From assembly GCF_016433145.1 (NCBI RefSeq), contig NC_058130.1, positions 417,088,228 through 417,152,227 of the forward strand: 64,000 bases of DNA. Reading direction: 5' to 3'. Source of the DNA: Gracilinanus agilis. Lineage: Eukaryota. The notes under the pieces are model-generated. The model was given only the letters and a program-made list of their open reading frames with translations. It was not told the origin of the DNA and searched no databases. Of this stretch, positions 1-12,379 are shown piece after piece. How positions within the stretch are numbered: position 1 is the stretch's first letter; every line of letters begins with the position of its first letter. A program made the translations under genes and the position numbers.

Positions 1-93
1 TGCTGCCAAGGACAGCCAAAAAGTAGGCAGCCAAGTACTGCATTCTGATCTTCTGGGTTCCACTCAGGTGCTCATTTATTCTTTACATTAGTC

Positions 94-297
94 TTTTTTT
101 TTTTTATTTTTTTTATTTTTTAAACCCTTAACTTCTGTGTATTGACTTATAGGTGGAAGATTGGTAAGGGTGGGCAATGGGGGTCAAGTGACTTGCCCAG
201 GGTCACACAGCTGGGAAGTGTCTGAGGCCGGATTTGAACCTAGGACCTCCCGTCTCTAGGCCTGGCTCTCAATCCACTGAGCTACCCAGCTGCCCCC
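94..297 (-). mobile_element. Young opossum tRNA/CORE SINE (SINE1_Mdo-type)
   Basis: Reverse complement reads GGGGGCAGCTGGGTAGCTCAGTGGATTGAGAGCC (A box)...GGTTCAAATCC (B box)...A-tail. TSD TTTACATTAGTC at 82-93 and 299-310. Confidence 0.93.
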
Positions 298-310
298 TTT
301 TACATTAGTC

Positions 311-555
311 TTTTATGTTTATTTTATATTAATTTCTTATTGTTTTAGTATTAAATTTTTTATTGTTTTAGTATTTAGTATTAAACACTATTTATTGCCT
401 ACGAAACATTTTTGTTATATATTTTGGAGTATCTAGAATGAATTAATCGGATTTACATTGATTCAAATGGAAATAATTGCCTTGGTTTTTGTCTGTTTCA
501 CATTTCCTCAATTGTTTTCAGATGGATTAGCCATCAAAAACAAGGTATCATTGTA
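311..555. mobile_element. Tigger/Tc1-mariner-like DNA transposon end (old)
   Basis: Ends ...AAACAAGGTATCATTG followed by TA, resembling a Tigger-type TIR (GAGGTACCACTG-TA). Internal GAATTAATCGGATTTACATT resembles remembered Tigger MITE sequence. Confidence 0.4.
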
Positions 556-777
556 TTTTTGTGGTGCCTTTTGGAGAGCCTGTGTTATTCTTATGTGGAT
601 AACTGGACTAACTTATACTGAATAATCATGGATATAACTGAAAAAGCCTTGAAGTCTTCCCAAGGCTAATACAATCAGCAAATATCAACTCTAAAAAGTA
701 TATCAGAGAACTTTACTGAGAATTTTTCCATTTGGATAATATGTAGGACACAATGGCATCTCTAAAAAATAGTGCAG

Positions 778-960
778 AAGGCATCTAGATAGCTCAGTAG
801 ATTGCAAGCTAGTCCCAACATCCTGGACTCAAATCTGGATCCAGATACTTCCTAGCTGATTGACCCTGGGCATATCACTTAACCCTCATTGCTCAGCCTT
901 TACAGTTCTGTTTTGGAACCAATATAAAGCATTGATTCTAAGATGAAAGGTAAGACATTT
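778..960 (+). mobile_element. Older tRNA/CORE SINE
   Basis: Decayed GGCATCTAGATAGCTCAGTAGATTG head, CORE-like GACCCTGGGCATATCACTTAACC, and GATTCTAAGATGAAAGGTAAG tail shared with younger copies in the window. Confidence 0.6.
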
Positions 961-1029
961 TCTTTGTGTTTTGTTTTTTTAATTTTAAAAGTGTAATAGA
1001 TTTTTGATTTACTGGAATATCATTGTTTG

Positions 1030-1200
1030 GGAGGAAAATACCGGACTTGGAGCCAAGGGAACTGAAATCATTTATGCCAATAAGTATACATGGGGTTTGA
1101 TTTTAATGAAATCACCTCAGCTCTGGGTTTCTTTATCTATGAAATAAAGATAACAATTCTTTCCCCACTTACCTCAGAGGAATATTGTTAAGTAAATGAT
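1030..1200 (+). mobile_element. MIR fragment
   Basis: Degenerate CORE (CTCTGGGTTTCTTTATCTATGAAATAAAGATAACAA...ACTTACCTCAGAGG). Confidence 0.5.
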
Positions 1201-2990
1201 AAATACTGAATATAAATTCAGGAAAAAATGTTTCATGTACATGAAATAATTATAAAACAAAAGCAAGGAGCTGACAACATAGCCCATGCTTGAAAAAGGT
1301 AAGAAAGCTGAAGGGAAGCCATGAACAAGAGTGGGCAGAGTAGGGAAAGGAACCATGGGGGCTTATTTCCCATCTTTGTTCCAGGCCCAAGAAGGAGAGA
1401 ATAGACCATTCTAAGCAGGGAAGAGGAAAACCCAGGACCAACTAATTAGTTAATTTTATAAAGCTTTGCTGGGCTTTAATCTGAAAGACAAACAGGATGT
1501 CTCACCAGGCGATGTATCAACAACAACAATGGTATTGCAAGAAGCAGTGATGAAACAGGATGTAGGACACCTTTAATTGGCTATTACAATGGGAATAGTT
1601 TAACTAGAGGATAAAAAGGGAAAGAAGATCCAGGTGTCCTATTCAAGTTTAGAGAGGGAACAAGCAGATAGAGACAGGGAAATATAATAAATCTAAATGA
1701 GTATATAGCTACTTTGTGTACTCTTCTCTTAACATAACAAGTGCTTTATTATGTACAGAAAGAATAGACGTCCTGTTACCCTAAGTTGCACAACATTTTC
1801 TCTCCAAACACACTCCTACAATTCAGGGAAAGTCCACTCAAGGAAACATGACTACAGAAAAGTCATTGAGGGGAGGAGCCTTGTGAAACAGAAGAGATTT
1901 AAAGTATATGCACCTCAAATAATAAGCAGGATTTTGACAGAAGAGGAAAGGAAAGATATTCCAAGTCTAAATTGCTATTAATAATAAATGTGGCAACATA
2001 GGTGACATAGGAGAGAGTGGATATCCATATAGTGGATACTTCTGTAATTTTTTTAAAGTAACTTTTATTGAACTAAAAACCCTATAAATATTAGTTATTG
2101 TTTTTGGTCTCCTTTTTTGAGTTATATGAAATTAGTCTATTTCTTCTTCTATATCAGAGTCTTTCAAATATCTGAAGACAATTAGATATTGTCTTCTCTA
2201 TATATTCTTGGAGTCTTTTTTTTTCAGTCTAAATGTTAACAATTTCTTTTTATATGACTTGAATCTCAGTTTCTGAAGCTGTTCTCCTTTGGATATGCTC
2301 CAGTTTCTCAACATGACATTTAATTGTGAATCCTAGAATTGAATCTGATATATAAGATATCTGGATCTCAAAGTATACAGTGGCATCATTAAGACCCTTG
2401 ATTCCCATACCATATCTTAATTAATAAAGCCTAAATTACATAGACAACCTTATCTTATTTTTGCTTCATATCTGACATATAGATAAATAAAATTCTTGAG
2501 TGGTTTCTAAATGATGTATATGAATACTGTTTGGGTAAGAGACTCCTTTCTCAGGTAGCAGTTCTTGAGATCTCATAGCAAGTGGCTCTATGTAGAGCTA
2601 CAGCTGGATAACATTCACTCAATGAAATGGAGAAGACTTTCTAAGAAGTGGGAGGTAGTAAAAGGTAGGTGGGGAGTACAGATTTTTTTTTAACATTTAT
2701 TAATAATCATTTTTAACATGGTTACATGTTTCATGCTCCTCCTTTCCCCTTCACCCCCCGCACTCCCCCCACTCATGGCCGATGCGCATTTCCACTAGTT
2801 TTGTCATGTGTCCTTGATCAAGACCTATTTCCAAATTGTTGTTAGTTGCATTGGTGTGGTAGTTTCGAGTCCACACCCTCAATCATGTCCACCCTGACCC
2901 ATACGCTCAAGTAGTTGCTTTTCTTATATGTTTCCTCTCCTGCAGTCCTTCCTCTGAATGTGGGTAGCATCTTTACCATAAATCCCTCAG

Positions 2991-3387
2991 NNNNNNNNNN
3001 NNNNNNNNNNNNNNNNNNNNNNNNNNNNNNNNNNNNNNNNNNNNNNNNNNNNNNNNNNNNNNNNNNNNNNNNNNNNNNNNNNNNNNNNNNNNNNNNNNNN
3101 NNNNNNNNNNNNNNNNNNNNNNNNNNNNNNNNNNNNNNNNNNNNNNNNNNNNNNNNNNNNNNNNNNNNNNNNNNNNNNNNNNNNNNNNNNNNNNNNNNNN
3201 NNNNNNNNNNNNNNNNNNNNNNNNNNNNNNNNNNNNNNNNNNNNNNNNNNNNNNNNNNNNNNNNNNNNNNNNNNNNNNNNNNNNNNNNNNNNNNNNNNNN
3301 NNNNNNNNNNNNNNNNNNNNNNNNNNNNNNNNNNNNNNNNNNNNNNNNNNNNNNNNNNNNNNNNNNNNNNNNNNNNNNNNNNNNNNN
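2991..3387. other. Assembly gap (N run)
   Basis: Run of N. Confidence 0.99.
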
Positions 3388-3509
3388 CTATTCCATTGAT
3401 CCTCCTCTCTGTCTCTTAGCCAGTACCATATTGTTTTGATGACTGCTGCTTTATAGTATAGTTTAATATCTGGTACTGCTAGGCCCCCTTCCTTCACATT
3501 TTTTTTCAT
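3388..3509 (-). pseudogene. L1 ORF2 C-terminal region fragment
   Basis: [33 protein letters not shown], a conserved L1 ORF2p motif; runs into the gap. Confidence 0.85.
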
Positions 3510-3537
3510 TATTTCCCTTGATATTCTTGATCTTTTG

Positions 3538-4353
3538 TTATTCCAAATGAAATTTGTTATACTTTTTTTCTAATTCAGTAAAGAAGTTTTTTGGTAGCTT
3601 GATAGGTATGGCGCTAAATAGGTAAATTAATTTGGGTAGAATTGTCATTTTTATTATGTTAGTTCGACCTACCCATGAGCAATCAATGGCTTTCCAATTG
3701 TTTAACTCCAGTTTTATTTGTTTGGAAAGTGTTTTGTAGTTGCCCTCTTGTTGTAGGACATCAGGGCAATTTTGCTGAATTATTTCTGTTAGTATGGAGT
3801 CCGGGTTTCTATTAATTTCTGGTTTTTCTGGAAGACCAATTATTCTCAAATTGTCTCTTCTAGACCGGTTTTCTTGGTCTGTCACTCTCTCATTGAGATA
3901 TTTCATGTTTCCTTCTATTTTTTCAGTCTTTTGACTTTGTTTTATTTGTTCTTGTTGTCTTGAGAGATCATTAGCTTCTAACTGCTCAATTCTAGCCTTT
4001 AGAGACTGGTTTTCAGCTATGATCTTTTGGTTTTCTTTTTTAATCTGGTTCAATTTGCTTATCAGTTCATTTAATTTCTGAGCCTCATTTTCCAATGGCA
4101 AGATTTTACCTTTTAAACTGTTATTTTCTTGCCAGATCTCTTCCATCTTCCTCAAAATCTCAGTTTTGAACTCTTCCATAGTTTGTGAGGAGTTTTCCTT
4201 ATTTGAGGAGGGTCCGGATGCTTGTTTGTTTTCCTCCTCTGTTTGCTCGGTTGTCTGGATTTTCTCTGTGTAAAAGTTGTCGAGTGTTAAAGACTTCTTT
4301 TTCTTGTTGTTATTCTTTCTCTTCTGGGCTTCCTGAGACTGGGTAGCCATCAT
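3538..4353 (-). CDS. L1 ORF1p N-terminus fused in frame to the post-RT segment of ORF2p (271 aa)
   Basis: Coiled-coil plus [14 protein letters not shown] (ORF1p) switches at ~3740 to YKTL...[35 protein letters not shown] (ORF2p). A frameshift in an A-run ends the ORF. Expression unknown. Confidence 0.75.
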   Translation of the reverse strand: MMATQSQEAQKRKNNNKKKKSLTLDNFYTEKIQTTEQTEEENKQASGPSSNKENSSQTMEEFKTEILRKMEEIWQENNSLKGKILPLENEAQKLNELISKLNQIKKENQKIIAENQSLKARIEQLEANDLSRQQEQIKQSQKTEKIEGNMKYLNERVTDQENRSRRDNLRIIGLPEKPEINRNPDSILTEIIQQNCPDVLQQEGNYKTLSKQIKLELNNWKAIDCSWVGRTNIIKMTILPKLIYLFSAIPIKLPKNFFTELEKKYNKFHLE

Positions 4354-5724
4354 TAGCCCAGCAGCTTCTCAGGTTTATCCTCGTGCTCAGTGTCTGTCCG
4401 TGGTCTATTGGCTCCTGAGGTCTGAGTTATGGTTTTTTCCAAGGTCAAGCCCCCTGGTGGACCCCCTTGCTTGATCCTCTGCAGGAGGTTCCTTTACACG
4501 TCTCAGGGAGCTGCTTCCACAGTTGTATATCCGTCCACGCTGGTTCCCAACTCAGGCTTTAGTTCCTGGCTGTGTCTGCCTCCACCCACGCCTCCGCAGT
4601 TACTGCGCTCTCAGCCCGCGCTCTGCACCCTGCGTCCACTCTCTGCTCCCGCGCTCATATTTCGAGTTCGTTTTTTGGCTTATTGGGGTCCTAAATCTTG
4701 CTGCTCTCAGGAACAGGCCCCGGAGCTGCCAATGACTCGATGGGTGCCCCAAACTTGCTCTATTTCTTTTTAGCTGGCTTTGGCGCTTTAGATGTTGTGT
4801 GTGGAGGGGTTGGGGGTGGGTGGTTGCTCAGCCCGCGATTTCGTGAGGGCTGTTTCACCCCTTTATAGCATGGAAATGCCTCGATTCCACGTACCTTCCA
4901 CGCTGTGCCCTGTTGTGGGGTTCCTCCGTTCGTCTGGACTTGTTTTTATGTCCCCTTGAGGAGTTGTGTGTGTTTTGGTCAGGAGAGGTTAAGAGCTGCT
5001 TCTTACTCTGCCGCCATCTTAACCTGGAACCGGGAGTACAGATTTTAATGAAGATTTGAAAACAGATACTTTAAGTATAAATTTCTAGCTCAGTGTCAAA
5101 ATATGAATGTATTTTATAAATGTAATAAATGTATTCTTCATTGAGAGTAGAAATTTGCTCAGTTGAGTAAATTTCAAACGTGCATTTTTAAAATAGTAAC
5201 AATAAAGGTATAGATATATGAGTATTCTGAAGAAAAGGAGGATAGGATAATCTTGAAAACAAAGATCCACATGATATGCTTGGAACATCAAATAAAAGGA
5301 GATGAAGAAGGAAAAAGAATAGATGTTGATATGGTCTGGTTTCTGTGAACAAGACAGAGAGATATACCTATTGTGACTGATGGTCTGGCAGATAAGGGAG
5401 GACAAGTTGGGATCTGATTTGGCAATGAGCCAGAGTGAATCAGAAAAGCTTCATCCAGTTTGCTATTTTGCCCATAAAAAAAAAAGCAATGTAGAAGAGA
5501 GTGGAGAGAAGAGAGGAAGGGAAGGGCAGGGGGGAGCGGAGAGTGTGGAAAGATACAGATAGTAAAAAAGATAACTGCTGTTGGACTATTTTGCCTAAAA
5601 GAAAATGAAAAGATTAAGTGAAAGGTTGCCCATTGTAAATCTTCTCTTTGTTTCTACTGCTACTTTCACTCTAGTCAGATCTTATATAAAATACCAACAA
5701 AAATTACTTTCCTTTTTGTGGATC

Positions 5725-6030
5725 TTTAACCTGCCTTCATTCAAGTCTCAGCTGTAGTCCCACTTTCAGTAAAAGCCTTTCCCAGTTCTCCTAAATATTC
5801 ATGCTCTCTCTGAGATTATCTCTAATTTATCCTGTATATATCTGATTTAAATATAATTGTTTGCATGTTATCACTCCCATTAGAGTTCCTAGAGTCCTAA
5901 TGAGAGCTCCTAGAGAGCAGGGATTGTTTGGTTTTTTAATTGATATACTCAGTGATTAACACAGTGACAGGCACTACTATGTGTCTATCACATAGTAGTT
6001 GTTTATTACATACTAGTTGACTGGCTGGCT
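5725..6030 (+). mobile_element. L2 3' end
   Basis: GAGCTCCTAGAGAGCAGGGATTGTTT...CACAGTGACAGGCAC...GTTGACTGGCTGGCTGA matches the L2 terminal pattern. Confidence 0.6.
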
Positions 6031-9000
6031 GAGTCAGTTCCTCTGTATTCTCAACTCTGTATTAGATTTGGCCATCCATCACTGTGAGTACCTACCCCTT
6101 TCAAGCAACAGAAAAGTAATGCTTACAGAGGACCTTGTCATGTTAGTAATAGAAAATTTACTTTCCAAACCAATCACAGGGTCCAGTACTATTTCCCTTT
6201 TCTAAGACCCATTTGCTGTGATTGAAACTGGTGATGTAGACACATATTTTTTGTTCCCACTATCTCCCAAATAACTTAAAGGTGATAAGCTATGAATTGC
6301 TAGTTCAATGTTAGAAACCTCATCACATTCTGCTATATCAAGCCAAGTTTTATCCTTATTTTGTACCCAAAAAGAGGTTTATGCACTTGACTACTTTAAA
6401 TTGTCCATCTCCTTTCCTGGCCTCTTTAAAAGTTGTTTCTTTTCCTGTTACTCTCTCTTTCTCTGTCATGTTGCAATATTCTTAGTTCCCTTTACTAGCC
6501 CTAACTGCCCTTTCCTGCCATCATGCATCAACTTTAAGAGAGGAAGAAAAATGGCTTGGCAAAAACCTGGTTAAGTGTCTTTTCCAGGGTCACACAGTTA
6601 GGAATTGACTATACCCAAATTATCTGTTGAAAGATCCCATGTGTTGCCAGGGCCATTTCCCACATGTACCATGAGGTTTTTTTTGCAAACCAAGGGGAGG
6701 AAGAATAGTCTCCTATTTCACCATTCTACTCTCTTCAGAGAGAGAATACCAAATAAGAATTATGTCTATTTGTTCCTTTGAATATTATTAGCTTGGAGGA
6801 GATGTCAGGTTCAAACAAACTTCTGATTACTGCTTCAATACTGAGGAGGTAAGGAAGATCACTAACTCTCTCTATATATCCAAGGCTTGACCTCTTTCTC
6901 TCAATACCAGTTCTACCTAAAATGTACATAGCAATTATCAAAGAATACTCATTTATCCAAATCAACAGCAAAACATAAATCAAAAAAGTATACATAATAG
7001 ATATATACTACTAGACAATACAAATAGATTGAGCTCTACCATCAGGAGTGAAATTACTTAGCTCAACTAAGAGCATATCCTAGATGTCACCTAAAGGAAG
7101 TTTCCTAAAATCCCTAGCAATGCGAGGTAGGGACAGATGTCTGAGGGAGACTGCTACCTTCTCTCATGTTGACTCCTTCCTAGAGTCTTTTCCTTCAACA
7201 GCCTAAGGTAGGATTGACATTTTCCATCTTTACTCTTGAAGCTTGGAGCCAGAAGCACCCAAAATAACTGCAGAACCTGAAGAGATGCAGGAGACTACAA
7301 AACTTTTCTTTCTTCTGCTCTTGCCAATTGTGTCCTGCTCCTCACATGTGGCAAGGCATTCATTGCCACCAAAGGGGAGAAAATCCATTACCAATTGGCT
7401 TTATTACTGGGGTTTCATACCTAATGAAATGCTCTTCTTTCAGGGTCTAAATAAGGCATAATTTCTTCCATGGAGTTTTCAGTGAGAAATGAAGACTAGA
7501 TACTATCCTTTCTTCAGTCATTTATTTCATTCAATTAATACTCACCTGAGCACTGCATCCTATTTTAGCCTATATTATAGTTATATAAATTTATATAAAT
7601 ATTCGCAACTCCCTCCAAAACACACACTACATTCTTTGCCAGCAACTATTCTGGTTTTCATCATGATGTACTTAAATCTTATCAAAGTATGATTGAATAG
7701 TAAATACTTAATAAAAGTTTCTTGAAAGTGTATTTTCTCCATCTTCATTCATTTGTTCAATCAACAAATATTCATTAAACACTTACTATGTATAAAGCAT
7801 TATCTAGTCATCACAGCCTTTGGAAAATTTTTTTGAATTCTGATTCTTATATTGAACATATTAATTGACTGAAGTAATTTTGATTGCTATATCTTGGTCC
7901 TATTGCCTGGAGAAAATTGCTGAATGAGGACAAGAGCCCAATGGCATGCCATTAGAGACTGCTATAGTTTAAACTAAAATATCTGTAATACTTTATTTTC
8001 ATCTTATTTGCTCTAACAAGACACATACATATTACTCCCCCAAAGTATATTGGTTTCAAATAGGAAAATATAGGAAGTATGTTTGTTTGGCTCAAAACAC
8101 AGACACCAGCAAGATGCGCTAGGAATATACAGTGAAGTAGCTTGCAGGATATTACACTGAAAAAATTTAATCATGCATAAATCATGCACAAAGTAGAAAC
8201 CACAAATTCAGTATTTGGCAAGCCTTCGATTCCCTTGCATAATTCTTTCATTTTCATCTTGCTAGTTTCATTCTCCTCTCATAGAAATTGCTGTATAAAA
8301 CAAAGACATAAACTGTGTGCAATTAAAATGGGAAAGTAGCTGAAAGGAATGTATTGATAATTATGTTAAAATCTATACTGTTAGGATTCTTGCATTGTTA
8401 GGAATCTAATTTGTCATCTGTTGACACCAATATCTCCGTTCTCCACAACATCTGAGGCTTTGTTTTAGCCAACTTCTTTCAGAGCAGCAAACTTCTACAC
8501 AACGAAGAGAAGAGGGAGAGAAGAATATATCTATATTTGAAAAAAGAAAGGGACCACTCAAAAAAATCCCAGTCCTTTTGTGGATGCCACTGAGAATGAA
8601 GTGATCACCAGGACTCAGGATTACATGCAATGTGAGGTGATGCAACTTTGTATATAGACTAAAGCCAAGAGTAAAAACAGAGAAGGATATTCTTGGCACA
8701 ACAAGGCATAAATGACTGATAAAAGCCTAAATCATGTCCTTTCCCAGGGGTACTGGGGTCAAAGTCATAAGTGAAACAGAAATTTGGAATGTGGGATTAT
8801 AGAAATCTCCTGAAAATTGGACATAATATCCCTTAGGGTTCCTAAAAGTTCTTGAAATTAGTGGATATTATATTGTCTTAAATATACAACCATACCTTTT
8901 AGACAATTTCTTTTGATTGAGAGAAACACAAGTTCTTGCCTCAATCCTTTAATTGTTCATTTTTGGAGTAGGGAGTATTAACATGAGTTCTTTCATTAAA

Positions 9001-10194
9001 GGGATAAAATTTGTTTTTTGCATCATTTCCGTTTGATTTATTCTCTGTCTCCATAGGTATAGCTATGAAAATAAAAGAAGGGAAATGGAATAAGAATTTA
9101 TATAGCACCTACCACGTTAGGTACTGCAGTAGGTTAGATAGATAGATGAATAGTCATTTGAAAAGGAAAAATATTTTTAAAGTATTCATATATGTATACA
9201 TATACAAAATATATGTATAATACATAAATACATATTCTATTTTGTCCCCATCATATTAAATAATGATATTTCTTTTGATATTTTGACATGAACAATTAAA
9301 TTCTTTTGGTGTATCAATCATTCAATCGATATAAATCTGTAACATGCCTATTAAGTGCCAGGTTATATGGCAGACCTTGTGGATAAAGAGACAAAATGAA
9401 AAAAAAAAATAACTGTCCCCAAGAAGCACTTTCTCAAGAAACAATTTAGAAGTATTTCAAAATATTTAAATAGAAAGAGAGCGACCCATTAGCAGCTGGA
9501 ACAGGCAAAGCTTCATGTCAGAGGTGGCAAAACAGCTGAGTTTTGAAGAGACTAAAAGAAGAAGAGGGAAAGAGGCATTGCATTCCTGGTATATGTAGGA
9601 GTTCAGGGAGAGTTAAGGCAGCAAAGATATGACATGGCATGTATAAACCTAATCAGGAAAACCCTTTTGTTTGGAATATAATGTGTCTGAAGAAGGATGA
9701 AGTAGAATAAGGTTGTACAAAAGAACTAAAGTGGGAATAGATGATAGAATCCTTTCCCTCAGAATTCATTTTTATTGGACTCACGTGACTTTTAATTAAT
9801 TTTTAATTAACAAATATAGTTTCCTCTCTCCCCTCCACAGGCATTGTGAGAATCAGAACTCCTAACAAATGTGTAAAACAAAGCTAATCCCCATCCAGAT
9901 CATACTGATCACATTGAAAAAAAAAATAAAAGTTCCAGTTTGCATCCTGACAGAGAAGTAGGTGATATGTTTCGTCATGGGTCCTCCAGAATCATCTTTG
10001 GTTATTTCATTGATCAGATACTCTATTTCTTTTTAATTTTTTTTAAAGTTCCAAATACTATTTCTCCAGACACCTTCTTGTCTATACAGAAATAAAACAA
10101 TATAAAACTCATTACATATGTGAAGCCATGCCAAACCTATTACCATATTAGCATGTTGAAAAAAAATTAAGTAAAAAAATATGCTTCGTAGGAC

Positions 10195-10345
10195 TATGAG
10201 GCAGCACAGTGAATGTTATGCTTGGGGTGAGGAGAACCTGGGTTCAAATGTGGCCTCAGTTATTTCCTAGTTTTGTGACTCTAGGAAAGTCACTTATCCC
10301 TGTTTTGCCAAGCCATTACTCTACCATCTTAGAGTTGTTATTAAA
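10195..10345 (+). mobile_element. Older tRNA/CORE SINE
   Basis: GAGGCAGC head, GAACCTGGGTTCAAAT B box, GTGACTCTAGGAAAGTCACTT core. Confidence 0.55.
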
Positions 10346-10896
10346 ATAGTATTTAAAAAATATGTTTCATTCTGTACTTTTATCAGTTCTCTATCTGAAG
10401 GTAGACAGCATTTTACATCAAGAGCCCTTAAATAACTTGTATTGACCAGAGTGGATGTCTTTTATAGTTGATTAGTGTAGAATATTGCTTTTAACGTGTA
10501 TATTGTCTTCTTGGTTCTGCTCACTTCACTTTGCATCAATTCATGTAAGTTTTTCTAGATTTTTCTGAAACCTTTCACTTCATAATTTCTTATAACATAA
10601 TAATATTCCAGCACAATCATATACCACAATTTGTTCAGTCGATCCTTAATGAATGACCATCCCCTTAATGTCCAATTCTTTGTCGACCACAAAAAGGCCA
10701 ACTTTAAATATTTTTGTACATACAGATCCTTTTCCCTTTTCTTTGATCTCTTTGGGATTCACACTGATAGTAATATTGCTGGGTAAAATGGAATGTACAA
10801 TTTTATAGCCCTTTTCATATAGTTTGACATAATTTGGCATAAGGTATACTTAAGAATGTTTGGTTCAGTTCAGAACTGCATCAAGAGTGCATTATT

Positions 10897-11104
10897 TGGG
10901 AGCAGCTGGGTAGCTCAGTGGATTGAGAGCCAGGCCTAGAGACGGGAGGTCCTGGGTTCAAATCTGGCCTCAGACACTTCTCAGTTGTGTGACCCTGGGC
11001 AAGTCACTTGACCCCCATTGCCTACCCTTACCACTCTTCTGCCTTGGAGCCAATACACAGTATTGACTCCAAGAAAGAAGGTAAGGGTTTAAAAAAAAAA
11101 AAAA
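10897..11104 (+). mobile_element. Young SINE1_Mdo-type SINE (long-tail variant)
   Basis: A and B boxes, poly(A), 14-bp TSD AAGAGTGCATTATT at 10883-10896 and 11105-11118. Confidence 0.93.
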
Positions 11105-11899
11105 AAGAGTGCATTATTGTACTTTTTCTTCCAAACTTCTCCCAGCATTTGTTGTTACTGTGTTTTTTTTTGAAATGCTAATTTGATAAGTATGAGATGG
11201 CACTTCCAATTTGTACTTCTTTAATTTATAGTAATTTAGAGGATTGTTATGTGACTATTGATAGTTTTGATTTCTTCTTCTGAAAACTATACATAATCTC
11301 TGATGATTTATTTGGAGAATTGCTCAATTGTTTTTATAAATTTAGCTCAGTCCCATTTATACCTCAGAAGTGGGACCTTTCTCAAAGAAACAATATAATT
11401 TTACCTTATGTATTGTTTTCATTTTAATTTTGACTGATTTCTTTTTGTTTGTGCAAAAATATTTTAATTTAACAATCAAAATTATCCATTTTATCTTTCA
11501 TGTTCATTTTGTCCCTTGCTTGGTCATAAACTTTCTTTATCCACTAATCTAACAACCATTTTTCCATGCTCTCCTAATTTGCTTATATTATCTTTCATGT
11601 TTAAATTATTTTGACTTTTTGTTTGTATACTGTGTGAAATATTGGTCTATGACTAGTTTTGTCATATTTCTGTACAATTTTCTAGCAATTTTTGTCAAAT
11701 AGTGTGTTTTTGCCCTAAATTTTAGATCTTTGGGTTTATCAACACTAAATTATTACATTCATGTATGTCTCAAGACTCATCTTTTTGTTTTTGTTTTTTA
11801 AATTTTGTATTCAGCTTTGTTTTTTTTTATTAGAAATGATTAAAGGGCTAGGCTAGCCTGCTAAACACTTTATAACTATTTTATTAATACTTTAAATAA

Positions 11900-12068
11900 C
11901 CCCCCTGAGAAAAGTGCTCTAATAAATATTATTTTATAGTTGAGGAAACTGAGGCAGAAGTTAAGTGACTTGTCCAGCTTCACAAAGGTATCAAGAGTCT
12001 TAGGACAGATATGAACCTAGATCTTCCTAATATTAGATACAGAAGTTTGTCCATTGTGCCACTTAGCT
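11900..12068 (-). mobile_element. MIR
   Basis: TTTTATAGTTGAGGAAACTGAGGCAGAAGTTAAGTGACTTGTCC core. Confidence 0.65.
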
Positions 12069-12074
12069 CTATTT

Positions 12075-12340
12075 CACCTATAATTGTCATTGTTTACATA
12101 TTTCAATCAAGTCTAACTCTTCATGACCTCATCTGGGGCTTTCTTGGCAAAGATGCTAGAATAATTTACCATTTCCTTGTCCCACTCATTCTACAGATGA
12201 TGAATCTGAGGCAAAATGGAGTGAAGTGATTTACCCAGTGTCACACAGCTAGTATTTGATTTGAATAGATTTTAGCTAAATTTGAACTCATATGTTCCTG
12301 ACTCCAGGCCCAGATCTCTATCCACTGAACTATCCAGCTG
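12075..12340 (-). mobile_element. MAR1-type SINE (CORE plus RTE-like tail)
   Basis: TTTCTTGGCAAAGAT...CCATTTCCTT RTE-like tail joined to ACAGATGATGAATCTGAGGCAAA core and tRNA-like head. Confidence 0.65.
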
Positions 12341-12379
12341 ATATTTTATTAAATTACAAAGCTATATAGCATTACAGGT

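Larger units (their letters stand above)
2687..5031 (-). mobile_element. Young L1 with intact 5' and 3' ends and a large internal deletion
   Basis: CpG-rich 5'UTR (~4360-5031), ORF1 start, ORF2 C-terminal segment, 3'UTR and poly(A). 15-bp TSD GGGAGTACAGATTTT at 2672-2686 and 5032-5046. Contains an N-gap. Confidence 0.93.
9780..11760 (-). mobile_element. Old marsupial L1 3' region (fragmented, with nested SINEs)
   Basis: L1 3'UTR/ORF2-end motifs, e.g. TTGGTTCTGCTCACTTCACTTTGCATCA, ACCACAATTTGTTCAG, AGTAATATTGCTGGG. Confidence 0.6.

Noticed and set aside
2991-3387. Gap shorter than the ORF2/3'UTR sequence expected between its flanks (possible second deletion)
   Set aside because: Gap sizes are estimates, so this cannot be resolved from the window.
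2973-3509. 178-aa ORF and other long ORFs spanning N-runs (also 54892-55524 and 55972-56367)
   Set aside because: Their length is an artefact of translating Ns as X. Only the L1 ORF2 piece at 3388-3509 is meaningful.
7940-7953. 14-bp palindrome AATGGCATGCCATT
   Set aside because: A few 7-bp-arm palindromes are expected by chance in 64 kb.
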